Assembly: GCA_040880915.1 (NCBI GenBank) | Contig: JBBEEF010000239.1 | Location: 17,867-53,353 of the forward strand | Length of the DNA: 35,487 nucleotides | From: Pirellulales bacterium | GTDB taxonomy: Bacteria; Planctomycetota; Planctomycetia; Pirellulales; UBA1268 | Reading direction: 5' to 3' | Shown: piece by piece, positions 8,779-18,053 of the stretch | Position numbering within the stretch: position 1 is the first letter of the stretch | Layout: every line of letters begins with the position of its first letter | The notes under the pieces: model-generated | Databases searched by the model: none | The model's input: only the letters and a program-made list of their open reading frames with translations | Told to the model about the DNA's origin: nothing | Made by a program: the position numbers and the translations under genes

Positions 8779-9273
8779 TCAGAGGATCTGAAGGAGCGGC
8801 GGCTTGAGGCCGCGGATCGACTTGGTGCGGTTCTTCTTCCGGCGGCCGTCGCCAACCGACTCGCCGCCGGGACCGAGCACCGCGTCCATATATTCCTCGA
8901 CCTGCTCCGGCGTCTCGAAATACTGGTCATACACCCAGTCGTCCTCATACTCGCACTCGTCGGTCGTGTACTCGCGACAGATCTGCGGGCGGGTCTCGTA
9001 GATGCCACAGCGGTGGTCGTCCTGGAGGTGCTTGCAGACAGTGTGCACGCAGACGTACCAGTCGCCCTCCTCGGTAAACACCGAAGCCTGGTCGTGAAGC
9101 AGGAACCAGCGGATGTATTCAAACTCCTCCCGCGTCGTCGGCTTCTCGAGCGGCAGGGCAAAGTAGCGGCAGCACTTGGCGGTGCAGAACTCGCAGAGCA
9201 CTTTGTCTTTGGCGACGGTGTCTCGCTTCGGCTTCGCGGCGAGCAGGGGGAGAGGGATGTCGGCGAGCGGCAT
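8779..9273 (-). CDS. YkgJ-family (CxxCxxCC) cysteine-cluster protein
   Basis: CEFCTAKCC ... CKHL...HRCGIYETRPQICREY is the pattern of the zinc/iron-chelating UPF0153 family. It sits directly upstream of hisS on the same strand. The start could be 9273 or 9306. Confidence 0.8.
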   Translation of the reverse strand: MPLADIPLPLLAAKPKRDTVAKDKVLCEFCTAKCCRYFALPLEKPTTREEFEYIRWFLLHDQASVFTEEGDWYVCVHTVCKHLQDDHRCGIYETRPQICREYTTDECEYEDDWVYDQYFETPEQVEEYMDAVLGPGGESVGDGRRKKNRTKSIRGLKPPLLQIL

Positions 9274-9526
9274 GGTTGGGCTCCGGCGTGCGGCAGGAAA
9301 GGCCACGAATCAGGCCAGCACTATACCGGCGGCAGGCCAGCGGTGGTGGGCCGCCGGGAAGGAATAGCCTCTGGCGCTGGGGATCGTACGGCTTGCTCGC
9401 CAAGGCTTTCCCAGTTTCCCTGCCTGGGCCCCCCATGGATCCCGAGCGATATACTCGGAATTTTCATGCGGTAGGTTTCTCGCCGCTGGTGCCGACCTTT
9501 GGTTTGCGAAGAAGGGAGTCTCGCCG

Positions 9527-11314
9527 ATGCCGAAGCGCTGGCTTGTCCGCCCTCACGACGCAACCGCGGTCGCGGCGCTTGAACGCTTGGCCGGCGTGCC
9601 GGGAGTCGTGGCGTCGCTCCTGGTGGGCCGGGGCGTCACCGACCCGGCGGCTGTGAAGGCGTTTCTCGCCGGCACGCTCACCGACCTCCGCGATCCCGAG
9701 ACGCTCCCGGGCGTGCCGGAGGCCGCCGACCGAATCCTCGCGGCCGTTCGGGCCGGCCGGCGGATTGTGATCTACGGCGACTACGACGCCGACGGCATGA
9801 CGGCGACGGCGATTCTCATCGGCTGCCTCGAGGCGCTCGACGCGGCACCCCGGTGGTATGTGCCCAACCGATTCGAGGAGGGCTACGGCCTCAATGCCGA
9901 GGCCCTCGAGAAGCTCGCCGCCGACGGGGCGAACCTCGTGATCACGGTCGACTGCGGGATCGCGAGCGTGGCCGAGGCGGCGCGGGCGCGAGCGCTCGGC
10001 CTCGAACTCATCGTGACCGACCACCACTCGTTCGCCGAGTCGCTCCCTGATGCCGACGTGCTCGTGCACCCGCGGCTTCCGGGCACGGCCTATCCATTCG
10101 GCGAACTCTGCGGTGCGGGCGTGGCCTTCAAGCTGGCCTGGGCGATCGCCACGCGGGCGAGCGGGGCCAAGCAGGTGACGCCGCGGCTCCGTGAGATGCT
10201 TCTGCGGGGCGTCGGCCTGGCGGCCCTGGGCACGGTGGCCGACGTGGTGCCGCTGGTGGACGAGAACCGGATCATCGTGCGCCGCGGGCTCGAGTGTCTC
10301 CGGCAACGGGGAGGACCGGGCCTCGCCAAGCTCCTCGAACTGGCGAGCCTGCATGAGAAGTCGGCCCTCGAGAGCGAGGACGTGGCCTTCCGCCTCGCCC
10401 CGCGGCTCAACGCGGCCGGCCGGTTCGGCGAGGCAGCCAAGGGAATCGAACTTTTGACCACGGCCGACGTTGCCCGGGCCGAAAGCCTGGCGAGCTACGT
10501 CCACGACCTCAACATCCGCCGTGAATCGGAGGAGCGGAGCATCATCCTGGCCGCCACGAAGCAGGCCCTCGAGCAGTTCGATCCCGTGGCCGACGCGGCC
10601 CTTGTCCTGGCCGACCGTGGCTGGAACGCCGGGATCGTGGGGATCGTGGCCGGCCGGCTGGCGGAACGATTTCACCGCCCGGTCATCCTGATCGCCCGGG
10701 GCGCACACGAGGGGCTTGTGGCCTCGGGGAGCGTGCGGAGCGTGCCCGGCTTCGACGTCCACGCTCCGCTCATGGCCTGCCGGGAGCTGCTCCTGACCTG
10801 CGGCGGCCACGCGGCGGCCGCAGGCCTGCGGATTGCCGATGGTCGGATCGACGAATTTCGGCAGGCTTTCCTGGCGGAGGTGGCAGCCCGGATGCCGATT
10901 GAGCTGCGTCGCGCACAGCTCTCGATCGACGGCGAGACCACGCTCGCGGGCCTCACGCTCTCGTCGGTCGAGCAGATTGAAAAGCTCGCTCCGTTTGGCC
11001 AGGGCAACCGCCGGCCGGTGCTCTGCGCATCGCGGGTCGCGCTGGCCGAGCCGCCGCGTACGATCGGCGGCGGTGCTCGCCACTTGGCGATGCGGCTCGT
11101 GCAGCACGGCGCCAAGATCCGGGGCGTAGCCTTCGGCGGCGCCGAGTGGCTGCCGCATCTGCCAGCGCCGGGTCAGCCCTTCCTGATCGCCTTCAAGCCG
11201 AAGATCAACGAGTTTCAGGGACGGCGCACCGCCGAGCTCGAACTCGTCGATTGGAGACCCGATGGAATTGACGTCGGCACCGACCTGCCGCAGGCAGCCA
11301 CGGCGACATCCTGA
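9527..11314 (+). CDS. recJ: Single-stranded-DNA-specific exonuclease RecJ
   Basis: DHH-family motifs are present (IVIYGDYDADGMTATAIL, ITVDCG, IVTDHHS, GHAAAAG). A GAAGGGAG sequence lies upstream of ATG 9527. Confidence 0.95.
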   Translation: MPKRWLVRPHDATAVAALERLAGVPGVVASLLVGRGVTDPAAVKAFLAGTLTDLRDPETLPGVPEAADRILAAVRAGRRIVIYGDYDADGMTATAILIGCLEALDAAPRWYVPNRFEEGYGLNAEALEKLAADGANLVITVDCGIASVAEAARARALGLELIVTDHHSFAESLPDADVLVHPRLPGTAYPFGELCGAGVAFKLAWAIATRASGAKQVTPRLREMLLRGVGLAALGTVADVVPLVDENRIIVRRGLECLRQRGGPGLAKLLELASLHEKSALESEDVAFRLAPRLNAAGRFGEAAKGIELLTTADVARAESLASYVHDLNIRRESEERSIILAATKQALEQFDPVADAALVLADRGWNAGIVGIVAGRLAERFHRPVILIARGAHEGLVASGSVRSVPGFDVHAPLMACRELLLTCGGHAAAAGLRIADGRIDEFRQAFLAEVAARMPIELRRAQLSIDGETTLAGLTLSSVEQIEKLAPFGQGNRRPVLCASRVALAEPPRTIGGGARHLAMRLVQHGAKIRGVAFGGAEWLPHLPAPGQPFLIAFKPKINEFQGRRTAELELVDWRPDGIDVGTDLPQAATATS

Positions 11315-11330
11315 GACGGAGACCACACGC

Positions 11331-12707
11331 ATGCGCATGATGGATCAGCTGGTTCGCACCGCCCTGGCCTGCTCGGTGGCAGTCTGCCTCGCCCTCGACA
11401 GTGGCTCGTCTGCCCGTGGCGACGACTGGCCCCAGTGGATGGGCCCGCGGCGAGACGGCGTCTGGCGGGAGGCCGGGCTCGTGGCGGCGATTCCCGCGGC
11501 GGGCCTACCAGTGACGTGGCGGGTGCCCGTCAAGGGGGGCTATGCAGGGCCGGCGGTGGCGAATGGCCGCGTCTATCTCATGGACTACGACCGGCCAGCT
11601 GGGGATGTGGCCAACAGCCCCAACGACCGCACCGAGCTTGTCGGCCGTGAGCGGGTGCTGTGCCTCGACGCCGCCACGGGAAAGCTTCTCTGGACGCACG
11701 AGTATGACTGCCCCTACGCGATCTCCTACGCCTCGGGGCCGCGCTGCACGCCCACGGTGAGCGGCGGCAAGGTGTACACGCTCGGCGCCGAAGGCAACCT
11801 CACCTGCCTCGAGGCCGAGACGGGCCGGGTGCTCTGGGCCAGGGACTTCAAGCGGGACTATCAGGCCCCGACGCCGATCTGGGGCTTCTGCGGCCATCCG
11901 CTCGTCGAAGACGACCTGCTCATTTGCCTGGTCGGCGGACCCGGCAGCGTGGCCGTGGCCTTTGACAAGGAAACGGGCCAGGAGCGGTGGCGGGCCCTCA
12001 CGGCCAGCGAAAGCGGCTACTGCCCCCCCACGATCATCGAGCAGGGCGGCACGCGGCAGCTCGTGATCTGGGACGCCGACAAGCTCAACGCCCTCGAGCC
12101 CGCCACCGGCCGCGGGCTCTGGTCGCAGCCGCTCAAGCCCATGTATGGGATGTCGATCATGGCCCCGCAGGTAGCCGACACTCCCGCCGGTCGCGTCCTC
12201 TTCGCCAGCGGGATCGGCGGGGTGGGCGGGCTCTTCCGGCTCGCGGCCGACGGCTCCGCACCCGGCCTCCTCTGGCGGGTCGAACAGAAGACGGGCGTTT
12301 CCTGCGCCAATAGCACCCCGTTCATCGCCGGCAACACGCTGTATGGCTGCGACTGTCAGACCGGAATGCTGACGGCCGTCGATCTCACCACGGGCGAGCG
12401 TCGCTGGGAGACGCTGGAGCCCACGACCGGCGGCGAGCGGCGGAGCAAGCACGGCACGGCGTTTCTCGTGCGCGAGGATCCGCCAGGAGACGGCACGCGG
12501 ACCTGGATTTTTTCTGAGACGGGCGACCTGATCCTGGCCCGACTGACGCCGGAGAAATACGAGGAACTCGGCCGCATGAAACTCCTCGAGCCGACCAACG
12601 AATGCTTCGGCCGCGAGGTGGTGTGGAGCCACCCGGCCTTCGCAGGCCGCTCGATCTTCGCCCGCAACGACCGCGAACTTGTCTGCGTGTCGGCGGCGGG
12701 CCGCTGA
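11331..12707 (+). CDS. Secreted PQQ-like (BamB-type) beta-propeller repeat protein
   Basis: Signal peptide followed by DDWPQWMGPRRDG and repeated GxVY/LxCLDxxTGxxLW blades. Confidence 0.8.
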   Translation: MRMMDQLVRTALACSVAVCLALDSGSSARGDDWPQWMGPRRDGVWREAGLVAAIPAAGLPVTWRVPVKGGYAGPAVANGRVYLMDYDRPAGDVANSPNDRTELVGRERVLCLDAATGKLLWTHEYDCPYAISYASGPRCTPTVSGGKVYTLGAEGNLTCLEAETGRVLWARDFKRDYQAPTPIWGFCGHPLVEDDLLICLVGGPGSVAVAFDKETGQERWRALTASESGYCPPTIIEQGGTRQLVIWDADKLNALEPATGRGLWSQPLKPMYGMSIMAPQVADTPAGRVLFASGIGGVGGLFRLAADGSAPGLLWRVEQKTGVSCANSTPFIAGNTLYGCDCQTGMLTAVDLTTGERRWETLEPTTGGERRSKHGTAFLVREDPPGDGTRTWIFSETGDLILARLTPEKYEELGRMKLLEPTNECFGREVVWSHPAFAGRSIFARNDRELVCVSAAGR

Positions 12708-12762
12708 AAGGGGCCGCGGACAGTGCCCTGGTATCCAACGCGAACTCAGACAGAGCCCAGGC

Positions 12763-13968
12763 CTACCCCCGGCCGAGCTGGTAGATCGCCGTCATCATCC
12801 GGCGGTAGGCGGGCGTGAGGGAAACGCCGCGCCGGGCCATCATCCGTTCCATGTCGAGCAGGGCCTTGTCGAGCCGGTAGTCGGTCACCGCCCAGGGCTG
12901 CACCCACTTGAAAGAGGCCACAGCCCGGGCCGGAAAGCCGGCGCCCAGGATGATCGAGCTGACACCCGCGACGGTGCCGGTGTTGAGCATCGTGTTGATG
13001 CCAGTCTTGCAATGGTCGGCCATGATCGCGCCCACAAACTGCTCACCGGTGTCGACCTCGACCCCCGCCGGCCAGTCGAGCATCTTGACCGTGCCGTAGG
13101 TCATCTTGAGGTTCGAGGCGGTCGTGTCGGCACCCAGATTCACCCACTGGCCAAACACGGAGTTGCCCACGTAGCCCTCGTGGGCCTTGTTCGAGTAGGA
13201 GTGAAACACGCTCGCCGCCACCTCCCCACCGACTTTGCAGTGGGGGCCGATCACGGTGCCGCCGTAGATCCGCGCCCCCATCCGCACTGTCGCCTGCTGG
13301 CCCACGGCCACCGGTCCGCGGAGCATCGCCCCGGCCATCACCCGCGCACCTTCGGCGAGCAGGATCGGCCCCTCCTCGGCCAAGAGAATCCCGCCGGGCT
13401 CGACGACCGCGGCCGGGTGCATGAAGAGTTGCTCGGGCCGGTCCACGATCGCCGTCGGGTGGCAGCCGCCCCCCCGCCCCGCCGGCCAGTCGCAGGCGGC
13501 AGCATCGGCCAGAATCCCGGCCGGACCAAGCCGAAAGAGATCCCACGGGTGCACGAGCCGCGGCGGCGGATCGCCCGGAACCTCGCGCCCGCGACCGCCG
13601 GCCAACGGCCTCCCCGCGGTGAGCCAGGCGGTTGAGTCGGCGGGAGCAGCCCGGGCGGCGACGACGTCGGGGCCGCTTCGCAGATGGCCGGCCGACAGGC
13701 TGCGGATCGCCTCGACGAGTGGCGGCGTCGGCAGGTAGCGAGCGTTGATCCAGAGCGAGTCGGCCGGGGCGGCTTTCGGCGGCGGCGGAAACAGCCCCCG
13801 CAGGTGCGGGCGCAAGGGGCCTGTCGCACGGCGCACGCCAAGCGCCCGCATCCACTGTTCGCGGATTGTGAGCAAGCCGACCCGCAGGTCGTGGACCGGC
13901 CGGGTGAGCGTGAGCGGCTCGAGGTGCACGCTCACCTCGTCTTCGAAGAGCATCACCGGTGGCAGCAT
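12763..13968 (-). CDS. Putative sugar nucleotidyltransferase with a left-handed beta-helix (GlmU-like, NTP_transf_4-type)
   Basis: N-terminus MLFEDE...LEPLTLTRPVHDLRVGLLTIREQW. The C-terminal half has hexapeptide-repeat character (GARIYGGTVIGPHCKVGGEV...VGNSVFGQWVNLGADT). It is divergent from glmS. Confidence 0.7.
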   Translation of the reverse strand: MLPPVMLFEDEVSVHLEPLTLTRPVHDLRVGLLTIREQWMRALGVRRATGPLRPHLRGLFPPPPKAAPADSLWINARYLPTPPLVEAIRSLSAGHLRSGPDVVAARAAPADSTAWLTAGRPLAGGRGREVPGDPPPRLVHPWDLFRLGPAGILADAAACDWPAGRGGGCHPTAIVDRPEQLFMHPAAVVEPGGILLAEEGPILLAEGARVMAGAMLRGPVAVGQQATVRMGARIYGGTVIGPHCKVGGEVAASVFHSYSNKAHEGYVGNSVFGQWVNLGADTTASNLKMTYGTVKMLDWPAGVEVDTGEQFVGAIMADHCKTGINTMLNTGTVAGVSSIILGAGFPARAVASFKWVQPWAVTDYRLDKALLDMERMMARRGVSLTPAYRRMMTAIYQLGRG

Positions 13969-14088
13969 GGGTGTCGCCCGCAGGAAACCAGCATCGAACT
14001 CGGCTCAACAAGACCGAAAATCGACCGCCGGCGTAGAATACCTTCGATACGGCCGCATGGACGGACGGGCTCACCCTGAGGCAACGGA

Positions 14089-15924
14089 ATGTGCGGGATC
14101 GTCGGCTATATTGGTTTCCGTGACTGCCGGGAGATCCTGCTCAAAGGGTTGGCCAGGCTCGAGTACCGAGGCTATGACTCGGCCGGGATCGCCATCGTCA
14201 ACGGCGGGCTCCGCGTGGTGAAATGTTCCGGCCGGGTCCGCGACCTCGAGAGCCGGCTGGCCGCCGATCCTCCTGCGGGATCGCTCGGCATCGGCCACAC
14301 CCGCTGGGCAACCCACGGCCGCCCCGACGACATCAACGCCCATCCCCATGTGAGCGGCTCGGGCTCGATCGCGCTGGTTCACAACGGGATCATCGAGAAC
14401 TATTCCGCGCTCAAGCAGACCCTCGCCGCCAAGGGCCGCGTGTTCCGGAGCCAGACCGATTCCGAGGTGGTTGTGCAGCTCATCGAGGAGATCCTCGAGA
14501 CCGACCCGGAGCTGACCCTCGAGGCGGCGATCCGCCTGGCACTCAAGCAGGTGGCCGGCACCTACGGTCTCGCGATCGTGAGCCCGCGGGAGCCGGGCCG
14601 GCTGTTCGTGGCCCGCCGCGGCTCGCCGCTGCTCGTCGGCCTCGGGGAGGGGGAAGCGTTCGTGGCTTCCGACGCCACGCCGATCGTGGAATACACCAAC
14701 AAGGTCGTCTACCTCGATGACGGTGAGCTCGCGGTGGTGGGGCCGGGCACCTGCGACGTCCGCACGATCGACGACGTACCACTCACGAAGGAGGTGCACG
14801 AGCTGGCTCTCTCGCTCGACGCGATCGAGAAAGGGGGCTACCCGCACTTCATGCTCAAGGAGATCCACGAGCAGCCGCGGTCGATCGCCGACTGCCTCCG
14901 CGGCCGGCTCCGGCCCGACGGCTGCGTGCAGCTCGGCGGCCTCTCCGGGGTGCTCGACCAGGTGGCCCGTGCGCCCAAGCTCACGATCGCCGCCTGCGGC
15001 ACCAGCTGGCACTCGGGACTCGTGGGTGAATACCTGATCGAGCACCTCGCCCGACTGCCGGTCGAGGTCGAATATGCCTCGGAGTTTCGCTACCGCGAGC
15101 CGCTCCTTGGCGAGGGAGACGTGCTCTTGACGATCTCGCAGAGCGGTGAGACAGCCGACACGATCGCGGCCCTCCGCGAAGCGCGGGCTCGCGGGGCGCT
15201 GGTGCTGGGCATCTGTAACGTAGTCGGCTCGACGCTTGCCCGCGAGACCGACGCCGGCGTCTACACCCATGCCGGACCGGAGATCGGCGTGGCCTCGACG
15301 AAAGCCTTCACCGCCCAGGTGACGGCCCTCGTGCTCGTGGCGCTCGCCCTGGGCCAGCGCCGGGGCTCGATCGACCGGGAGCAGGCCACGGCGATCGCCG
15401 CCGAACTGGCCGTGATCCCCGACAAGATCGCCACCATCCTCGCCCACGAAGCCGCCATCAAGACGCTCGCCGACCGGTTCACGTATGCCCCCAACTTTCT
15501 CTATCTCGGGCGGTCGTTCAATTTTCCGGTTGCGCTCGAAGGGGCGCTCAAGCTCAAGGAAATCTCCTACATCCATGCCGAGGGCTACCCGGCCGCGGAG
15601 ATGAAGCACGGACCGATCGCGCTCATCGACCGGCTGATGCCGGTGGTGGTGATCGCGGCCACGGCCCACACGAGCGACAAGATGCTCGCCAACATCGAGG
15701 AGGTGCGGGCCCGGCAGGGACGGGTGATCGCGGTGACGACCCCTGGTCAGGAAGAGGTCAAGCGGCTGGCGGAGTTCGTGATCGAGATCCCGGAGACGCT
15801 CGACGCCCTTTCCCCCTTGCTGGCCGTGATCCCGCTCCAACTCCTGGCCTACCATATCGCGGTGAATCGCGGCTGTGACGTGGACCAGCCGCGAAACCTG
15901 GCCAAGAGCGTGACGGTGGAGTGA
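14089..15924 (+). CDS. glmS: Glutamine--fructose-6-phosphate aminotransferase (isomerizing)
   Basis: MCGIVGYIG N-terminal nucleophile, two SIS domains, and the C-terminal DQPRNLAKSVTVE. Confidence 0.97.
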   Translation: MCGIVGYIGFRDCREILLKGLARLEYRGYDSAGIAIVNGGLRVVKCSGRVRDLESRLAADPPAGSLGIGHTRWATHGRPDDINAHPHVSGSGSIALVHNGIIENYSALKQTLAAKGRVFRSQTDSEVVVQLIEEILETDPELTLEAAIRLALKQVAGTYGLAIVSPREPGRLFVARRGSPLLVGLGEGEAFVASDATPIVEYTNKVVYLDDGELAVVGPGTCDVRTIDDVPLTKEVHELALSLDAIEKGGYPHFMLKEIHEQPRSIADCLRGRLRPDGCVQLGGLSGVLDQVARAPKLTIAACGTSWHSGLVGEYLIEHLARLPVEVEYASEFRYREPLLGEGDVLLTISQSGETADTIAALREARARGALVLGICNVVGSTLARETDAGVYTHAGPEIGVASTKAFTAQVTALVLVALALGQRRGSIDREQATAIAAELAVIPDKIATILAHEAAIKTLADRFTYAPNFLYLGRSFNFPVALEGALKLKEISYIHAEGYPAAEMKHGPIALIDRLMPVVVIAATAHTSDKMLANIEEVRARQGRVIAVTTPGQEEVKRLAEFVIEIPETLDALSPLLAVIPLQLLAYHIAVNRGCDVDQPRNLAKSVTVE

Positions 15925-16029
15925 GGGGTGGCCCGCGGCCGAAACCGGCTGCCGTTGCCCACCGGTCCTCCGGCAGGTAGTCTTCAAGACGAAATCCCAT
16001 GGTGCAGTTGGCGTTGCCAGCCCACCGCT

Positions 16030-16104
16030 CGGGGCGTAGCTCAGCCTGGCTAGAGCGCTACGTTCGGGACGTAGAGGTCGCACGTTCGAATCGTGTCGCC
16101 CCGA
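16030..16104 (+). tRNA. tRNA-Pro (anticodon CGG)
   Basis: Folded by hand. Acceptor CGGGGCG/CGCCCCG (C1:G72, A73, as in bacterial tRNA-Pro). D stem GCTC/GAGC. Anticodon stem CTACG/CGTAG with loop TTCGGGA. T arm GCACG-TTCGAAT-CGTGT. No encoded CCA. Confidence 0.93.
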
Positions 16105-16108
16105 CTTT

Positions 16109-16828
16109 CTAATCTCCTGTTCGGCGGCTCACGACATGCTCCGCAGAGCCGGGCCGTAGTTCATGCAGCCGGCCGCAGAACACATAGTTCCAACCGCCAC
16201 CGCTCGGATGCGCCCGGGATTTTTTCACGGTTACCGTGAAGCCGCAGCCGCGCATCCGCTCGACGAAGGCCGGGTCGTCGGTCGCTGACCAGACGGCCAG
16301 GCAACCACCCGGCCGCAGGGCTCCCCTGGCCGTTGTGAGCCCCGAGTCCGTGTACAGCCAGCGGTTGGAGGCGGTGCTCAATCCACTGGCTCCATTGTCA
16401 ATGTCGAGCAGCACCGCATCGAAGGCTTGCTGGCTGCGACGCAAAGAGTCGGTCACGTCACCCGTGACGATCGTCACCCGCGGATCGGCCAGGGCGTCTG
16501 CGGCCAGGTTATACGTGGGCGTGAGGTTCCAGCGGATCACGGCAGGCATGAGTTCGGCGACCACGACGGTGGCCTGCGGGCCGAGTTGCCCGAGCGTGGC
16601 CCGGAGGGTGAATCCCAGCCCTAATCCTCCGATCAGCACCTTCGCTGCCACGTCTTTGCCGAGATGACCGCAGGCATACTCGGCCAGCATCTCCTCGGAG
16701 TGATGCTGGCGAGTTGACATGAGTTCCACCCCGTCGATGCGGATTGTCAGGGCCCCGTCGTGTTCGTAGAGGGTCATGAGCTTTCCGTCGGTCGTCGTGG
16801 CTTGATCGAGAAGGACCGTTTTTTTCAT
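16109..16828 (-). CDS. Spermidine-synthase-like class I SAM-dependent methyltransferase/aminopropyltransferase family protein
   Basis: VLIGGLGLGFTLRA (SAM-binding Gly-rich loop), FDAVLLDIDNG, and the family-typical N-terminal beta-hairpin region (LYEHDGALTIRIDGVELMS). Confidence 0.75.
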   Translation of the reverse strand: MKKTVLLDQATTTDGKLMTLYEHDGALTIRIDGVELMSTRQHHSEEMLAEYACGHLGKDVAAKVLIGGLGLGFTLRATLGQLGPQATVVVAELMPAVIRWNLTPTYNLAADALADPRVTIVTGDVTDSLRRSQQAFDAVLLDIDNGASGLSTASNRWLYTDSGLTTARGALRPGGCLAVWSATDDPAFVERMRGCGFTVTVKKSRAHPSGGGWNYVFCGRLHELRPGSAEHVVSRRTGD

Positions 16829-16880
16829 GGCGTGGTGCGGCTGCTCAGGCTATTCTTTTTCATTTTCTGGAATCTTTACC

Positions 16881-17282
16881 ATGAATCTGCCCGCAGCCGT
16901 CGAAACCGAACTGCTCGATCTCTCTCACCAGTTGCTGGCAGCCGTCGTGGCCGGTGACTGGAAGGCTTACCACAGGCTGGTGGCCGAAGACCTCACCTGT
17001 TTTGAGCCCGAAGCCCGCGGCCAGCTCGTGGAGGGCCTGCCATTCCACGAGTTTTACTTCACGCTCCCTGCGGGTGCCGCCAAGCCAGTCACCAACACGA
17101 TGGCGTCGCCACGAGTCAAGCTCCTATCCGACACCGTTGCCCTCGTCATCTACGTTCGACTCACACAAACGCTCGACGATGCCGGCCGACCGGTAACCAA
17201 GCCGTGCGAAGAGACGCGGATCTGGCAAAAGATCGAGGGTCGATGGAGGCACGTCCACTTCCACCGCTCGCTTCCAGCGTAG
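16881..17282 (+). CDS. NTF2-fold protein (DUF4440 / CaMKII-association-domain-like)
   Basis: Size and pattern fit: LTCFEPEA...G...FH.FYF ... ETRIWQKIEGRWRHVHFHRS. Confidence 0.7.
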   Translation: MNLPAAVETELLDLSHQLLAAVVAGDWKAYHRLVAEDLTCFEPEARGQLVEGLPFHEFYFTLPAGAAKPVTNTMASPRVKLLSDTVALVIYVRLTQTLDDAGRPVTKPCEETRIWQKIEGRWRHVHFHRSLPA

Positions 17283-17355
17283 TCGAGTCGCGGCAGCGAC
17301 GCGGCCGTCCACCGCCGTGTTGACTCAGAGGCCCATTTCGGAATACCATTTTGGT

Positions 17356-17616
17356 ATGAAAACTACCATCGATGCGGCCGGACGGGTCGTGGTGCCGAAA
17401 GCCCTTCGCGATCGGCTTGCTCTCGCACCGGGAAGCGAGATCGAGATCGAGGCCGTGGCCGACGGAGTGTTCTTGCGACCGACCGCGACCGGTCCTGCGC
17501 TCGTGCTGGAAGCAGGCGTACTCATTCATCGCGGCAGCGGCGGGGCGGCGGTTGACGTCGTGGAGTTTCTCCGACAACAACGGGCCGCCCGTGCTCAAGC
17601 ACCGGACGGCCCCTGA
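17356..17616 (+). CDS. vapB: AbrB/SpoVT-fold antitoxin (VapB-type)
   Basis: MKTTIDAAGRVVVPKALRDRL matches the swapped-hairpin motif. The stop TGA overlaps the ATG of the next gene (TGATG at 17614-17618). Confidence 0.8.
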   Translation: MKTTIDAAGRVVVPKALRDRLALAPGSEIEIEAVADGVFLRPTATGPALVLEAGVLIHRGSGGAAVDVVEFLRQQRAARAQAPDGP

Positions 17617-18053
17617 TGCGGGTTCTGTTCGACACATCGGCACTCGTCACGGCGGTGGTGAGCACCCTGCCGCATCATCGTCCGGCGTTGGCCTGCTACC
17701 AGCAGTTCCGCGGTGGCGGCAGCCGAACTCAGGGCTTGTGCACGACTCATGCGCTTGCTGAAGCCTACGCCACCCTCACCGCGATGCCCCTGGCGCCGCG
17801 GATTTCACCCGCGGATGCTGCCCGGCTCATCCGCGAAAACTTTGCACGCGACCTGACCGTCTTGCCACTGTCCGCGAGCAACTATGCCGCCGCAGTTGAA
17901 CGGGTCGCAGCGCTCGGTCTCGCCAGTGGAGTGATCTACGACGCCCTCCATCTCGTCGCCGCCGAGCGGCGCGCATGCAAGCGGATCTATACCTACAACC
18001 GCGCCGATTTTTCCCGGCTCGGATCCGATTCCGTCGAGATCATGGCCCCCTAG
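17616..18053 (+). CDS. vapC: PIN-domain ribonuclease toxin (VapC-type)
   Basis: Starts MRVLFDTSAL. Acidic PIN residues lie in FDTS, AEAYA, YDALH and YNRADF. It is translationally coupled to the antitoxin. Confidence 0.85.
   Translation: MRVLFDTSALVTAVVSTLPHHRPALACYQQFRGGGSRTQGLCTTHALAEAYATLTAMPLAPRISPADAARLIRENFARDLTVLPLSASNYAAAVERVAALGLASGVIYDALHLVAAERRACKRIYTYNRADFSRLGSDSVEIMAP

Noticed and set aside
8748-9161. A 138-aa N-terminal extension of the hisS ORF
   Set aside because: The extension is an Arg/Ser/Thr-rich low-complexity translation that overlaps the YkgJ-like gene in another frame. HisS homology begins exactly at MIQPRTLKGFRD (8747).
13969-14088. Possible glmS ribozyme in the glmS 5' leader
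   Set aside because: The leader is only 120 bp and is shared with a divergent gene. I cannot find the conserved glmS ribozyme core. The ribozyme is also essentially confined to Firmicutes and a few other lineages.
14071-16083. A 670-aa ORF antisense to glmS. Similar long antisense or shadow ORFs: 201..1109, 9464..11338, 11505..12632, 13043..14074, 28324..29610, 32180..33556, 34593..35408.
   Set aside because: All lie opposite genes with unmistakable homology. They are Arg/Gly/Pro/His-rich with no recognisable motifs, and they simply reflect the scarcity of stop codons in GC-rich DNA.
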